A model generated the notes under the pieces. That model saw nothing but the letters and a program-made list of their open reading frames with translations. It had not been told where the DNA came from and searched no databases. Positions 1-9,813 of a stretch of 64,000 nucleotides of DNA are shown piece after piece; within the stretch, counting starts at the first letter, position 1; each line of letters starts with the position of its first letter. The DNA is from an uncultured Bacilli bacterium (lineage in GTDB: Bacteria > Bacillota_I > Bacilli_A > RF39 > UBA660): the NCBI GenBank assembly GCA_934129885.1, contig CAKOWU010000007.1:13566-77565 (forward strand), in the 5' to 3' direction. A program made the translations under genes and the position numbers.

Positions 1-215
1 CCAGTAATTTTTTCATTTGCATTAACAGCTATAATGATTAAAATAATAGATAAAATTTCTGGTGTAAAAAATATTTTTTTAGCGCTATTTTTAATATAAT
101 TAAAATATTTTTTTGAACTAAATTCTAATTTTTCAAGCTCTATCAAGCCATCACTACATTTAAAACTTATATACGTTATATAAGTTACCAAAGATATAAA
201 GAAAAATATAGGCAT
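1..215 (-). CDS. hypothetical small membrane protein, partial (runs off window start)
   Basis: ATG at 215-213 overlaps the asnB stop (TAATG). The frame stays open to position 1. Translation is hydrophobic (MPIFFFISLVTYITY...). Absent from the ORF track because it is truncated. Confidence 0.3.
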   Translation of the reverse strand, partial: MPIFFFISLVTYITYISFKCSDGLIELEKLEFSSKKYFNYIKNSAKKIFFTPEILSIILIIIAVNANEKIT

Positions 216-2038
216 TACATCTCTCCTCCAAAGTATATTTTATGCCAAAGTAAGAATACATATATAGTCCAAATTTTTCTACTATTATCTTTTTTACCTT
301 GTTTATGTTCATCAAGTAATTTAACAATACGTTTAACATTGAAAAATTCATTTGCCTTAACAAAGTGGCTCTTTATAGTATTATATACGTCATCATCACG
401 CATCCATACTCTAATAGGAACTGGAAATCCTAGTTTCTTTTTATCAGATACCTTAGATTCTAATTTTTCATGGGCAATATCTCTAAATATTTTTTTTGTT
501 TTATATTTATCAACTTTATATTTAGTAGGTAATTTTCTAGCATAATCAATAAGTGGTCTATCTAGAAAAGGCACCCTAACTTCTAAAGAGTTAGCCATAC
601 TCATTTTATCAGCTTTAAGTAAGATATCGCCAGTTAACCAAAAATTGAAATCAATATATTGCATTTTAGTAACATCATCTTTATCTTCTACTGCCTCATA
701 ATATTTTTTAGTTAAATCCTGAAAGCCATTTGTATTTCTCTTGAAAGATAGTATTTTACTAACTTCTTTGTTATTAAAGATAAAGGCGTTTCCTACAAAT
801 CTATCTTCTAACTTTTTACCACGTCTAACAAGAAAATTAAGTCCCCTATGACTTGGGAAAACACTTGCGACTTTACCAATTGCTTTTCTAATTCCATATG
901 GTACTTTATAATACCAAGACCACACAAAAGGTTCTTGATATATATTATATCCACCAAATATCTCATCAGCACCTTCACCAGATAATGACACTTTTACATT
1001 TTCACTGGCTATACTTGTAACAAAGTAAAGAGCCACAGCTGATGGGTCTGCGAGAGGTTCATCCATATAATACATTATGTTAGAAAGATTCTTGAAATAC
1101 TCTTCTTTTGTAACTGTCTTGTTTATATTTACCGTATTAATTTTCTTTGATAAGTCTTTAGCATAACTAATTTCACTATAATTTTTATTATCAAAACCAA
1201 CAGTAAAAGTTTTTGATACATTACTACTTGCAGCAACAAACGATGAATCCACACCACTTGATAGAAACGACCCGACTTCAACATCACTAATTTTATGAGC
1301 CTTTATAGAGTCTTCTAATCTTTCTTTAATACCTTGCTTCCACTCATCATAACTTAATGTATCGTCTTCTTCAAATTTAAGTTCATAATATTTAGTTATA
1401 TCAAGTTTCCCATCTTTATATTTTAAATAATGACCAGGCATTAATTTAAATACGTTTTTGAAAAAAGTTTCCTCCATAGCATTATATTGGAAAGTCAAAT
1501 AATACTCTAAAGCATCAGGGTTAAAATCGCGTACAAAATCAGGGTGGACTAAAAAACTTTTTATTTCAGAGCCAAACATAAAAGTGTCACCCATCATAGC
1601 ATAATAAAATGGTTTAATTCCGTAAAAATCTCTAGCAGCAAAAACTTCTTTTGTACTTTTATCATATATAACAAAGGCGAACATACCACGTAGTTTGTCT
1701 AGAATCTTTTCGCTATACTCTTCATAACCATGGAGAATGACTTCAGTATCGGTGTTGGTGGAAAATTTATGTCCTTTTTTTTCTAAATCACCTTTTATGT
1801 CTTTAAAATTATATATTTCACCATTAAAAATAATAACCTTGGTTTTATCTTCATTATAAATAGGTTGTGATCCATTATTTAAATCTATTATAGATAATCT
1901 TCTAAACCCCATAGCGATAGTATCATCAGTATAATATCCATCAGAATCTGGTCCCCTATGCACGATTAGGTCAGCCATTTCTTTTATGGTATCCTTTTTA
2001 TCTTTTTGTTTGTTTACATATCCTACAAATCCGCACAT
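215..2038 (-). CDS. asnB: asparagine synthetase (glutamine-hydrolysing)
   Basis: N-terminal MCGF (class II amidotransferase Cys2), SGVDSS PP-loop motif, 607 aa. AGGAGG lies 7 nt upstream of the ATG. Confidence 0.93.
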   Translation of the reverse strand: MCGFVGYVNKQKDKKDTIKEMADLIVHRGPDSDGYYTDDTIAMGFRRLSIIDLNNGSQPIYNEDKTKVIIFNGEIYNFKDIKGDLEKKGHKFSTNTDTEVILHGYEEYSEKILDKLRGMFAFVIYDKSTKEVFAARDFYGIKPFYYAMMGDTFMFGSEIKSFLVHPDFVRDFNPDALEYYLTFQYNAMEETFFKNVFKLMPGHYLKYKDGKLDITKYYELKFEEDDTLSYDEWKQGIKERLEDSIKAHKISDVEVGSFLSSGVDSSFVAASSNVSKTFTVGFDNKNYSEISYAKDLSKKINTVNINKTVTKEEYFKNLSNIMYYMDEPLADPSAVALYFVTSIASENVKVSLSGEGADEIFGGYNIYQEPFVWSWYYKVPYGIRKAIGKVASVFPSHRGLNFLVRRGKKLEDRFVGNAFIFNNKEVSKILSFKRNTNGFQDLTKKYYEAVEDKDDVTKMQYIDFNFWLTGDILLKADKMSMANSLEVRVPFLDRPLIDYARKLPTKYKVDKYKTKKIFRDIAHEKLESKVSDKKKLGFPVPIRVWMRDDDVYNTIKSHFVKANEFFNVKRIVKLLDEHKQGKKDNSRKIWTIYVFLLWHKIYFGGEM

Positions 2039-2146
2039 ATAACTGCCTCCTATGCTTGTAAATATAAATATATTTTACCACATAAATATCAACCTTACAA
2101 GGTTGATAGAAAAAAAAGACAGCTCAGGCAATGTCATTAACTTAAT

Positions 2147-2187
2147 AAAAAAGTTAGAAATAATATAAAGTTTTTTCTAACTTTTTT
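2147..2187. terminator. bidirectional A/T-flanked hairpin terminator between the HAD gene and asnB
   Basis: AAAAAAGTTAGAAA (2147-2160) is the exact reverse complement of TTTCTAACTTTTTT (2174-2187), with a 13-nt loop. Confidence 0.5.
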
Positions 2188-2421
2188 GTTATTTCATTGA
2201 ATTTAGGTATAATCCCCTTACCCCAAAATCAATAGGCTATTTAAATATTATAATTAAAACGATTTTTTGTTAATGTGATATTATATTATAGTTTCTTCTT
2301 CACTATAATTTTTTCCACATTAACATACTTCACATTTATGCATACCATCATTGATTACTTTTCAAGTTTTTATAATTAACTCTGCCTGTTTATAAATATT
2401 CATTCGTTCATTTCTCTTCTA

Positions 2422-2913
2422 TTAATTATTTTTCAAGATTAAATCTAATCTATCGATAACAGGATAGCCCTTTCCATCCATGTCTAAATCAAATTTTATA
2501 GATCTACCACCAGATTTTGTCCATTCATCTAAATTAGCAACATAATCATCCACCAAAATAGCATCTCGAGCGTCTAACATTTCTGTTTTCGAAAGACTTT
2601 TTGGTACTGAAATAATAGTTATATTTTTTAAATATTTTCTTATATATTTAACTTTAGCCTCTATTTCGTGCAGTGAAGTTACATGTGTAAGTATTGCCAC
2701 ATTATATTTGCCAGTATCTTTTATTCTTTTAATAGCGTTAAAAGCATCATTTATTGGTTTCGCTTTTTCAAATACCTCTTCCCAATTAAGAGTTTGAAAA
2801 AACTGAAGATAATTCTCATAATTCTTTTCAAGTCCTTGTTTTTCAGCCATTGCATAAGATATTTCTATAGTATTTACTATTACGCCATCAAAATCAATAT
2901 ATAAATTTTTCAT
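2422..2913 (-). CDS. HAD-superfamily 5'(3')-deoxyribonucleotidase-like hydrolase
   Basis: MKNLYIDFDGVIVNT carries the DxDG HAD motif I. I placed the start at the internal ATG 2913, because the longer track ORF would overlap murD. Confidence 0.7.
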   Translation of the reverse strand: MKNLYIDFDGVIVNTIEISYAMAEKQGLEKNYENYLQFFQTLNWEEVFEKAKPINDAFNAIKRIKDTGKYNVAILTHVTSLHEIEAKVKYIRKYLKNITIISVPKSLSKTEMLDARDAILVDDYVANLDEWTKSGGRSIKFDLDMDGKGYPVIDRLDLILKNN

Positions 2914-2914
2914 G

Positions 2915-4243
2915 TTACTCAAGTTCTCCGATAATTTCTTTGAATTCCTCTCCTCTTTTTTCGAAAGAATCATATTGGTCCCAACTAGCACAGGCTGGTG
3001 AAAGTAAAATTGTGTCATGTTCTTCTGACAAATTATAGGCACACTTTGTTGCTTCTTTTAGATTAGAAGTAACTGTTACATTTATGCCACGGCTTTTACA
3101 ATAGTCCTCTATTTTATTTTTAGTTTGTCCATAACAAATAACTTCTTTAACATATTCCATATGACCATCTAATTCGTCGAATGATTGTCCTCTATCCAAA
3201 CCTCCTAGTAAAAGTATTACCGGACTTTTAAATGATGATAAAGCAACTATTGTTGATTTATTATTTGTAGCCTTTGAATCATTATAGAACTCTCTACCGT
3301 TAATTCTTGATACAAACTCCATTCTATGTTCTACGCCCCCAAAGTTATTAAGGGTTTCAATAATGGTTCTATTTGAAATATTAAATTCTTTAGCAATCAT
3401 AATAGCACACATAACATTTTCGTAATTGTGCATACCTTTTAATCTAATATCATCTAATTCACAAACAAATTCACCTTTATAATATATTTTATCTTCTTTA
3501 ATATAGCAGTCGCTCTCTTCTATACTATTAAAATACAATTTTGTAGATGGTATTTCTTTGGTATAAGATACTAAGTCTTTATCTCTACCATTTATAATAG
3601 CAATATCTTCTTTTGTATGATGATTAAATATATTAAGCTTATTTTTCTTATAGTTATCATAAGTACCAAACATATCTAGGTGTACTTCGCTAAAGTTGGT
3701 AATAGCACTTATATTTGTTTTAAATTTATCTAGATTAACTAATTGGTGCGAAGATATTTCTAAAACTAATATATCGCCTTCTTTTATATTTTCTAGAATA
3801 CTACATAATGGTATACCGATGTTTCCTCCCAAATGTACTTTAAGATTTGCAGTTTTTAGTATTTCGTAGGTAATAGATGTTGTCGTGGTTTTGCCATTTG
3901 AACCTGTTATACCTACTATTTTTACATTTTTTGGTAAAAGGTTATAAGCAATTTCCATTTCATTAACAATAGGCAATCCTAATCTTTTTGCTTTTAAGAC
4001 TACACAATTATCGGGTTTTACGCCTGGATTTTTAACGACTAGATCAAAACTATTATCTAGTAATTCTTCTTGATTTTCAGTAATAATTACGTTTACTCCT
4101 AGTTTTTTTAATTCTTCTATTTTTTTATTATCTTTAAATTTTATATCAGTAAGTAAGACTTCATTATCTTTACATAATGTTCTAGCCGCAGCCTCACCAC
4201 TTTTTCCCATTCCTAATATAAATATTTTCATGTTTTTATACAT
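2915..4243 (-). CDS. murD: UDP-N-acetylmuramoylalanine--D-glutamate ligase
   Basis: GITGSNGKTTTT P-loop and overall Mur ligase layout. Start moved to ATG 4243 (MYKNMKIF), which has AGGAGG 10 nt upstream. Confidence 0.92.
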   Translation of the reverse strand: MYKNMKIFILGMGKSGEAAARTLCKDNEVLLTDIKFKDNKKIEELKKLGVNVIITENQEELLDNSFDLVVKNPGVKPDNCVVLKAKRLGLPIVNEMEIAYNLLPKNVKIVGITGSNGKTTTTSITYEILKTANLKVHLGGNIGIPLCSILENIKEGDILVLEISSHQLVNLDKFKTNISAITNFSEVHLDMFGTYDNYKKNKLNIFNHHTKEDIAIINGRDKDLVSYTKEIPSTKLYFNSIEESDCYIKEDKIYYKGEFVCELDDIRLKGMHNYENVMCAIMIAKEFNISNRTIIETLNNFGGVEHRMEFVSRINGREFYNDSKATNNKSTIVALSSFKSPVILLLGGLDRGQSFDELDGHMEYVKEVICYGQTKNKIEDYCKSRGINVTVTSNLKEATKCAYNLSEEHDTILLSPACASWDQYDSFEKRGEEFKEIIGELE

Positions 4244-4317
4244 AATAAAACAACCTCCTAGTACATTATAACACAACAAGTAAAAATTATTCTATAAACA
4301 TATATAAATTAGTTATT

Positions 4318-5046
4318 AATTAGGATCCATCCAATTTACTGTAGCACCCGTTGCACCCCATGGAGAGCCATCTATAGTATTTTCTTTAAGATTTATGTTG
4401 ATAGTGGTTAGGTTTGGTACTTCGTAAAAGGCGGTTCTATCCATATTTACTATACCGCTACCGATATTGACTTCTGTTAAACTGTCCATAGCCCAAAAAG
4501 CATATGTTTGTATTGTGGTTACACTATCCGGGATAGTTATTTTTTTAATACCACAATCAAGTACAAAAGAAGCACTTACAATTTTCTTTACATTGTCTGG
4601 TATTACTACTTCTGCTTTTGAACTATTACCATAGGATATTAAAGTAGTATTATCGACATTTCCATTTTCGTCTCTTGCGTATATAAAAGCATCATCGCCT
4701 TCTATTAAGTTAGCGGACGCAATCGTATGATATAAATTTTTGACGGTTGATGGTATTTTTAAACTTTTTAAATCACAAAGTTCAAAAGCACCACCACCAA
4801 TAGTTTTTAGTCCTTCATGAAGAATAAGCCCATCAGAAAATGAGCCGGTCCACGCAAAAGCATAATCTCCTATTTCTTTGACGCTACTAGGAATTTCTAA
4901 AAAATTAATTCGGTTATTATGAAAAGCCTGACTACCAATATATATTAAAGTATTTGGGAATATAATGTTTTTTATACCATTGCTATCAAATGCATTATTA
5001 CCTATTTTAGTAATTGTTAAATTATTTATCTGGCTGGGTATTTTTA
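4318..5046 (-). pseudogene. 5'-truncated BspA-type leucine-rich-repeat (LRR_5-like) surface protein remnant
   Basis: 243-codon open frame begins right after a TAA, with no start codon until near its end. Repeated 'IP.SV..IG..AF' units. The C-terminus ...NLKENTIDGSPWGATGATVNWMDPN* parallels the 44149 ORF. Confidence 0.6.
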
Positions 5047-5222
5047 TTTAGGGAAACACTCTTTTTACTCCTCTCACTAGTAATATACAATGTAAGTAGG
5101 GCAAATTACTTCTTCAAATTGCATTTTTTTTAATTTTCTAAAATTAATTTTCAATATTAATACATGCTCATATAAAGTCAAAGCGAGCAAAAAAAACCAT
5201 CATATTTCTATGACAGCCTATC

Positions 5223-6530
5223 TTAAAACGGCATCTTAAGAGTACCATTATTTAATTTTTTCATCATTAACTTCATTTGTTCAAATTGTTTTAAAAGCCT
5301 ATTTACATCCTCAACCTCTAAACCACATCCACCAGCAATTCTCTTCTTACGACTCGCCTTCAAAATATCCGGATGTCTTCTTTCATAAGGTGTCATAGAA
5401 AGAACTATTGCCTCAATGTGTGCCATTTGTTTCGGATCAATACTAACATTATTAAGTCCCATCTTGCGTGCTCCAGGTAACATCTTAATAATATTCTCAA
5501 GCGGTCCTAGTTTCTTAATCTGATTAAGTTGAACAAGAAAATCCTCCAAATCAAACTTACCCTTTTGCATCTTAGAAGCAACTTTAACAGCATCCTCATC
5601 ATCAAGTATCGCAGAAGCCTTATCTGCAATACTCATCAAATCCCCCATATCTAAAATCCTGTTAGCCATACTTTCTGGATGAAACTTCTCAAGACCATCC
5701 ATCTTTTCAGACACACCAATAAACTTAATAGGAATATTAGTCAAATGCCTAATAGAAAGTGCCGCTCCACCTTTAGTGTCACCATCCATTTTAGTCAAAA
5801 TAGCACCAGTAAGCGGGAGTCTATTATTAAAGCCTTCTATAACATTAATAGCGTCCTGACCAGTCATACTATCAACAACAAGCAATATCTCATTAGGAGA
5901 AGTCTCTCTATTAATCTCCTCTAATTCCTCCATTAGCTCCTCATCAACATGTAACCTACCAGCAGTATCTATCAAAATATAATTATATCCATTAGCGGAA
6001 GCATACTCTAAAGCATTCTTTGCAATAACCACAGGGTCGCCTTTACCCTCACTATAAACTTCAATATTAAGTTCCTTACCTATCTGTTTAAGTTGCTCTA
6101 TCGCCGCAGGCCTATATACATCACAGGCAACCATAAGAGGCTTAACCCCATAATTTTTACGTACAAAATTAGCCAGTTTACCAGTAGTAGTAGTCTTACC
6201 GCTACCCTGAAGACCAGTCATCATAGCCACCGTCCTGCCTTTAACAAGTATTAGTGGTTCATCTTCCTTACCAAGTAAATAGATAAGTTCATCTCTTACA
6301 ATCTTAACAAATACCTCTCCAGGCTTTAAACTCTTTTGAACATCTTCTCCAAGAGCCTTTTCCTTAACATTATTTATAAACTCCTTAACAACCTTATAAT
6401 TAACGTCAGCCTCTAACAAAGCAAGCCTAATCTCTCTAGTAACCTCACTAATATTGCCTTCAGTTATCTTGCCATAACCCTTTATCTTATTAACAGCACT
6501 CTGTAACCTATCCCCTAAACTTTCAAACAT
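5223..6530 (-). CDS. ffh: signal recognition particle protein Ffh
   Basis: MFESLGDRLQ N-terminus, GLQGSGKTTT, DTAGR, and a Met-rich C-terminal M domain. Confidence 0.96.
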   Translation of the reverse strand: MFESLGDRLQSAVNKIKGYGKITEGNISEVTREIRLALLEADVNYKVVKEFINNVKEKALGEDVQKSLKPGEVFVKIVRDELIYLLGKEDEPLILVKGRTVAMMTGLQGSGKTTTTGKLANFVRKNYGVKPLMVACDVYRPAAIEQLKQIGKELNIEVYSEGKGDPVVIAKNALEYASANGYNYILIDTAGRLHVDEELMEELEEINRETSPNEILLVVDSMTGQDAINVIEGFNNRLPLTGAILTKMDGDTKGGAALSIRHLTNIPIKFIGVSEKMDGLEKFHPESMANRILDMGDLMSIADKASAILDDEDAVKVASKMQKGKFDLEDFLVQLNQIKKLGPLENIIKMLPGARKMGLNNVSIDPKQMAHIEAIVLSMTPYERRHPDILKASRKKRIAGGCGLEVEDVNRLLKQFEQMKLMMKKLNNGTLKMPF

Positions 6531-6554
6531 AAATTATCTATCACCTCAAAAATC

Positions 6555-6971
6555 CTATTCATAACTACTACTATAACCATCCGTACAGTAATCACTACCA
6601 CACTTTAAATATGGCACATAACTCATTTTACTATTGTCACGCCTATAAAAAACATAGCCATCACACTCTTTTCCCTTCTCATCAGTAAGCGTATTAATCA
6701 AATTTTTATCCTTTAAAGTATCTAAACTAACATACCCCTCATCTCCATTATCTAAAGGTTTATGATAATTCAAAACATACCCAGCTCCAGCACTCTTTAA
6801 AGTATTTTCTAAATCAACATAAGACTTACTACTAGGACCCTCAAAAATTTCTTTAAACGACTTATTATACATAAACATCGTTATAAATATACAAAGCATA
6901 ATAGTTACCAAAAAAAGCATACTTTCTTTTAAACCAAAACCATATTCATTCATCTTTTCATCCCCTAACAC
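6555..6971 (-). CDS. hypothetical membrane-anchored protein
   Basis: ORF with an N-terminal TM helix, translationally abutting the upstream ORF. No recognisable family. Confidence 0.55.
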   Translation of the reverse strand: MLGDEKMNEYGFGLKESMLFLVTIMLCIFITMFMYNKSFKEIFEGPSSKSYVDLENTLKSAGAGYVLNYHKPLDNGDEGYVSLDTLKDKNLINTLTDEKGKECDGYVFYRRDNSKMSYVPYLKCGSDYCTDGYSSSYE

Positions 6972-7468
6972 TACACCAAGGACTCTTTATTAAGAAGGAT
7001 CTTATCATATAGAATCGCAACACTTAAATTAAATGAAGGCTCACTTTCTATTTTAGTCATAAGTTCATCATATTTTTCTTCCTTTAAATAATCAGAAAAA
7101 AACGAAGAATCATAACTCTTTACCACCTTATTTTTCTTAAGAATAGTCTTTAAATACGAAATACTAGAAGATATATTTTTATAATTACCACTATCTTCAA
7201 AAATTTTAATAACCCTAATCATCTCAAAAGTTATAAGTTCATGACCATAATTACTCTTAAAATATTCATTTAAAAGTTTATACTGTTCCCTGTATTCTTC
7301 ATCATTAGTTAAATAATTAAAATCCTCATTATAAAGTGCAAGCACTAACTTTACAACATCATACTTTTTATAATCATACTTAACAGCCGTCTTTAAAATA
7401 GCCTTTGTAACGTTATTATATAATGAGTTAGAAAACTCCTGCTTTATTCGTATATCCTTGTAATTCAT
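6971..7468 (-). CDS. hypothetical protein
   Basis: 165-aa ORF co-oriented with ffh. No family recognised. Confidence 0.55.
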   Translation of the reverse strand: MNYKDIRIKQEFSNSLYNNVTKAILKTAVKYDYKKYDVVKLVLALYNEDFNYLTNDEEYREQYKLLNEYFKSNYGHELITFEMIRVIKIFEDSGNYKNISSSISYLKTILKKNKVVKSYDSSFFSDYLKEEKYDELMTKIESEPSFNLSVAILYDKILLNKESLV

Positions 7469-7597
7469 AATTTATCATCCCTCTAAATTCATAATCTGAT
7501 TATATCATTTTGCCTATTACCAGTCAATGGAGAAACAAAATCAATTGCAACTTTCCAAATTATATAGTATAATTAAGAAAATGAGGAGGCTACAAAC

Positions 7598-7939
7598 ATG
7601 AACGATTTATTTGACGAATTAAGTAGTAGTGATGATAACACAACCCCTGCAGTTTCAGGAAAAAAAGATAATAACTTTCCTAAAATCATAAATGAAGAAG
7701 AAGATGAACTAGAAAAAACAATGGAAATAGAAGTGCTAGATCTAAACTTTGGCTCTGTTTCAAATGAAATAGATAATATTTATGAAAACAAAAAATCAAA
7801 AAAAAGAAAAGTGTTTTTACCTATAAACATATATGAAGATCATATTATACAAAGAACCTTTGTAAACTGTTCCATCCTAGGTTTTATTACTCTTTTCTTT
7901 AGTTATGGAGAAATTATATACATACTAACACATATTTAA
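7598..7939 (+). CDS. hypothetical protein with acidic N-terminal part and C-terminal TM helix
   Basis: GAGGAGG lies upstream of ATG 7598. C-terminal hydrophobic segment. Confidence 0.5.
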   Translation: MNDLFDELSSSDDNTTPAVSGKKDNNFPKIINEEEDELEKTMEIEVLDLNFGSVSNEIDNIYENKKSKKRKVFLPINIYEDHIIQRTFVNCSILGFITLFFSYGEIIYILTHI

Positions 7940-7940
7940 A

Positions 7941-8690
7941 CTATGCCCTTTTATCTTTCATAAACTCTCGGAGCATCTTCGTAAGTGCTCTTTTTTCTAT
8001 TCTAGAAACATAACTTCTAGATATTCCAAGCTTTCTAGCAATCTCTCTCTGTGTTATCTCCTCTTTGCCATCAAGACCATACCTTTTAATAATTATATCC
8101 TTTTCTCTATCCGTCAAAATCTTAAAATACTTACTTAAATATTTCAAATTATCCTCTCTATGTAGTTCCATCGCAAAATCAGGATCCTTCGTCTTCAAAA
8201 TATCCAAAAGTGTTATCACATTTCCCTCTTTGTCATACCCTACCGCCTCATCAATACTAACATTTTTATTATTCTTCTTATTACTTCTAAAATACATTAA
8301 TATTTCATTTTCAATACACCTAGCACAATATGTCGTAAGCCTTGTTTTATGTTTAGAAGAATAACTGTCTACACCTTTAATAAGCCCAACCGTACCTATA
8401 CTAATAAGATCATCCATATCCTCATTTCTATAATCATATTTTTTAACAATATGCGCCACTAAACGAAGATTATGCTCGATAAGTTTACACCTTGCCTCCT
8501 TATCTCCCATATTAGCCTTCAATAAAGTCTCCTCTTCCTCCTCTTTAGAAAGTGGCTGCGGAAATATATTATTAGAATACGATGCCGTAAAAATGTAAAA
8601 ATTACTAAATAATCTCTTTAAAAATTTTAATATAATTATCACCTCATTTAAAGATATGCACATAACAAAGAAAAAAGTGCCTTTATGCAC
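7941..8690 (-). CDS. sporulation-type sigma-70 family factor (SigK/SigE-like, with pro-sequence-like N-terminus)
   Basis: FPQPLSKEEE...GD.EAR..LIEHNLRLVAHIVKKY...DDLISIGTVGLIKGV...YCARCIENEILMYFR and a C-terminal region 4 HTH. The true start is uncertain; the track start is GTG, and ATG 8663 is possible. Confidence 0.85.
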   Translation of the reverse strand: MHKGTFFFVMCISLNEVIIILKFLKRLFSNFYIFTASYSNNIFPQPLSKEEEEETLLKANMGDKEARCKLIEHNLRLVAHIVKKYDYRNEDMDDLISIGTVGLIKGVDSYSSKHKTRLTTYCARCIENEILMYFRSNKKNNKNVSIDEAVGYDKEGNVITLLDILKTKDPDFAMELHREDNLKYLSKYFKILTDREKDIIIKRYGLDGKEEITQREIARKLGISRSYVSRIEKRALTKMLREFMKDKRA

Positions 8691-8974
8691 TATTTTGTCG
8701 TAATTTCTTCCTTAATACCCATATCCTCTAGTTCTTTCGATATATCTTCCTTTACAAAAAGTTCAATAGGAACATTAAGTTTAAGTGATAAATAATAAAG
8801 AACCCCAAGAGAAAATGTTTGCTCCGTCTTCTCACTTTCTATATTCGCAATAAATCCTCTAGAAAAAGTTGAATTTCTTGATAACTCCTCCTGCGTTAGA
8901 TTGTTATATTTTCTAAAAATCTTTATTCTCTTCCTTGCCCGCTCATATATATAACTTATATTATCTTTTTCCAT
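8690..8974 (-). CDS. XRE-family helix-turn-helix regulator
   Basis: LTQEELSRNSTFSRGFIANIE HTH. Its stop abuts the sigma gene start. Confidence 0.75.
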   Translation of the reverse strand: MEKDNISYIYERARKRIKIFRKYNNLTQEELSRNSTFSRGFIANIESEKTEQTFSLGVLYYLSLKLNVPIELFVKEDISKELEDMGIKEEITTK

Positions 8975-9101
8975 ACTACTACTTCCTTACAAATAATTTT
9001 ACCAATTTATACCAGCATTTTTTATCAGCATATAGTTGCACATATATAGTAAAAATGTTAATATAATACTATAAACAAAAAACAGAAAAGGATTGGAATA
9101 A

Positions 9102-9275
9102 ATGAAATTAATAAAAGACGTAAAAATACCCGTAATGATAATAAAAAATGGCGAAAAATTAATTATCACCACAAATGGCAAAGGATATATTACCATATCT
9201 TGTGAAAAAAATATTTTAAAAGTTGACACTACTTGTGAATCATTAAAAGAAGCCGAGGACTCTCTTAATGGATAG
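9102..9275 (+). CDS. small protein translationally coupled to the Fic-like gene (possible antitoxin/partner)
   Basis: 57-aa ORF (MKLIKDVKIPVMIIKNGEKLIITTNG...), too short for the track. Its stop overlaps the Fic-like ATG (AATGGATAG). AAGGA lies upstream. Confidence 0.45.
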   Translation: MKLIKDVKIPVMIIKNGEKLIITTNGKGYITISCEKNILKVDTTCESLKEAEDSLNG

Positions 9276-9810
9276 ACCAATAAACGCCGATTCACTATGG
9301 GTAGAGAATGGTATATTAAAAAATAAACAAGGCATCACTGATCAAAACGAACTAGACCAAATAGAAGAAAAAATAGTAAAACAAAAACTTACACAAATAA
9401 AAATTAAAGAATTTAATAAAAATTCTTTAATTAACCTGCACAAAAGCCTTTACGAAGATTTATATAACTTCGCCGGAAAACTTAGAAACGAAAACGTCGT
9501 CTATAATGATATCATGGCTTGTCAGTACGAAATAATAGATATGTGTCTAACAGACTTATTTAACGCTGACTACTCTAACGTAGACTTCACAAAAACCTTT
9601 ACATATCTTCTTAGTGAACTATATATCATACTCCCCTTTAGAGATGGTAATAGAGAAACAATAAATAAATTCCTAGAAGACTACGCCGAAAGTAAAGGCT
9701 ATAGAGTATTAATACCACAAAATATAAAAAAAGAAATAAAAGCCGCCTACTACGGTGACATAAGTAAACTATATAATATAATTTCTAGCCAAATAGAACC
9801 TACTAAATAG
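9268..9810 (+). CDS. Fic/DOC-fold protein with degenerate active-site motif
   Basis: LHKSLYEDLYNFAGKLR plus ILPFRDGNRETINKF. This aligns to HPFxxGNGRxxR, but the His is replaced by Leu and the second Gly is missing. Confidence 0.7.
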   Translation: MDRPINADSLWVENGILKNKQGITDQNELDQIEEKIVKQKLTQIKIKEFNKNSLINLHKSLYEDLYNFAGKLRNENVVYNDIMACQYEIIDMCLTDLFNADYSNVDFTKTFTYLLSELYIILPFRDGNRETINKFLEDYAESKGYRVLIPQNIKKEIKAAYYGDISKLYNIISSQIEPTK

Positions 9811-9813
9811 GTT

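Noticed and set aside
160-545. Track ORFs 160-363 (-) and 339-545 (+)
   Set aside because: Both overlap the asnB 3' region in other frames or strands and lack RBSs. The coupled ATG at 215 gives a more plausible downstream gene.
4265-4273. Extended -10 (TGTTATAAT) just upstream of murD
   Set aside because: It lies only about 6 nt from the AGGAGG RBS, so a transcript starting here would lack a usable leader. It is probably a chance match in AT-rich DNA.
8999-9295. 98-aa minus-strand ORF
   Set aside because: It lies opposite the 57-aa ORF that is translationally coupled to the Fic-like gene, and it overlaps that gene's start. It has a hydrophobic low-complexity translation and no RBS.
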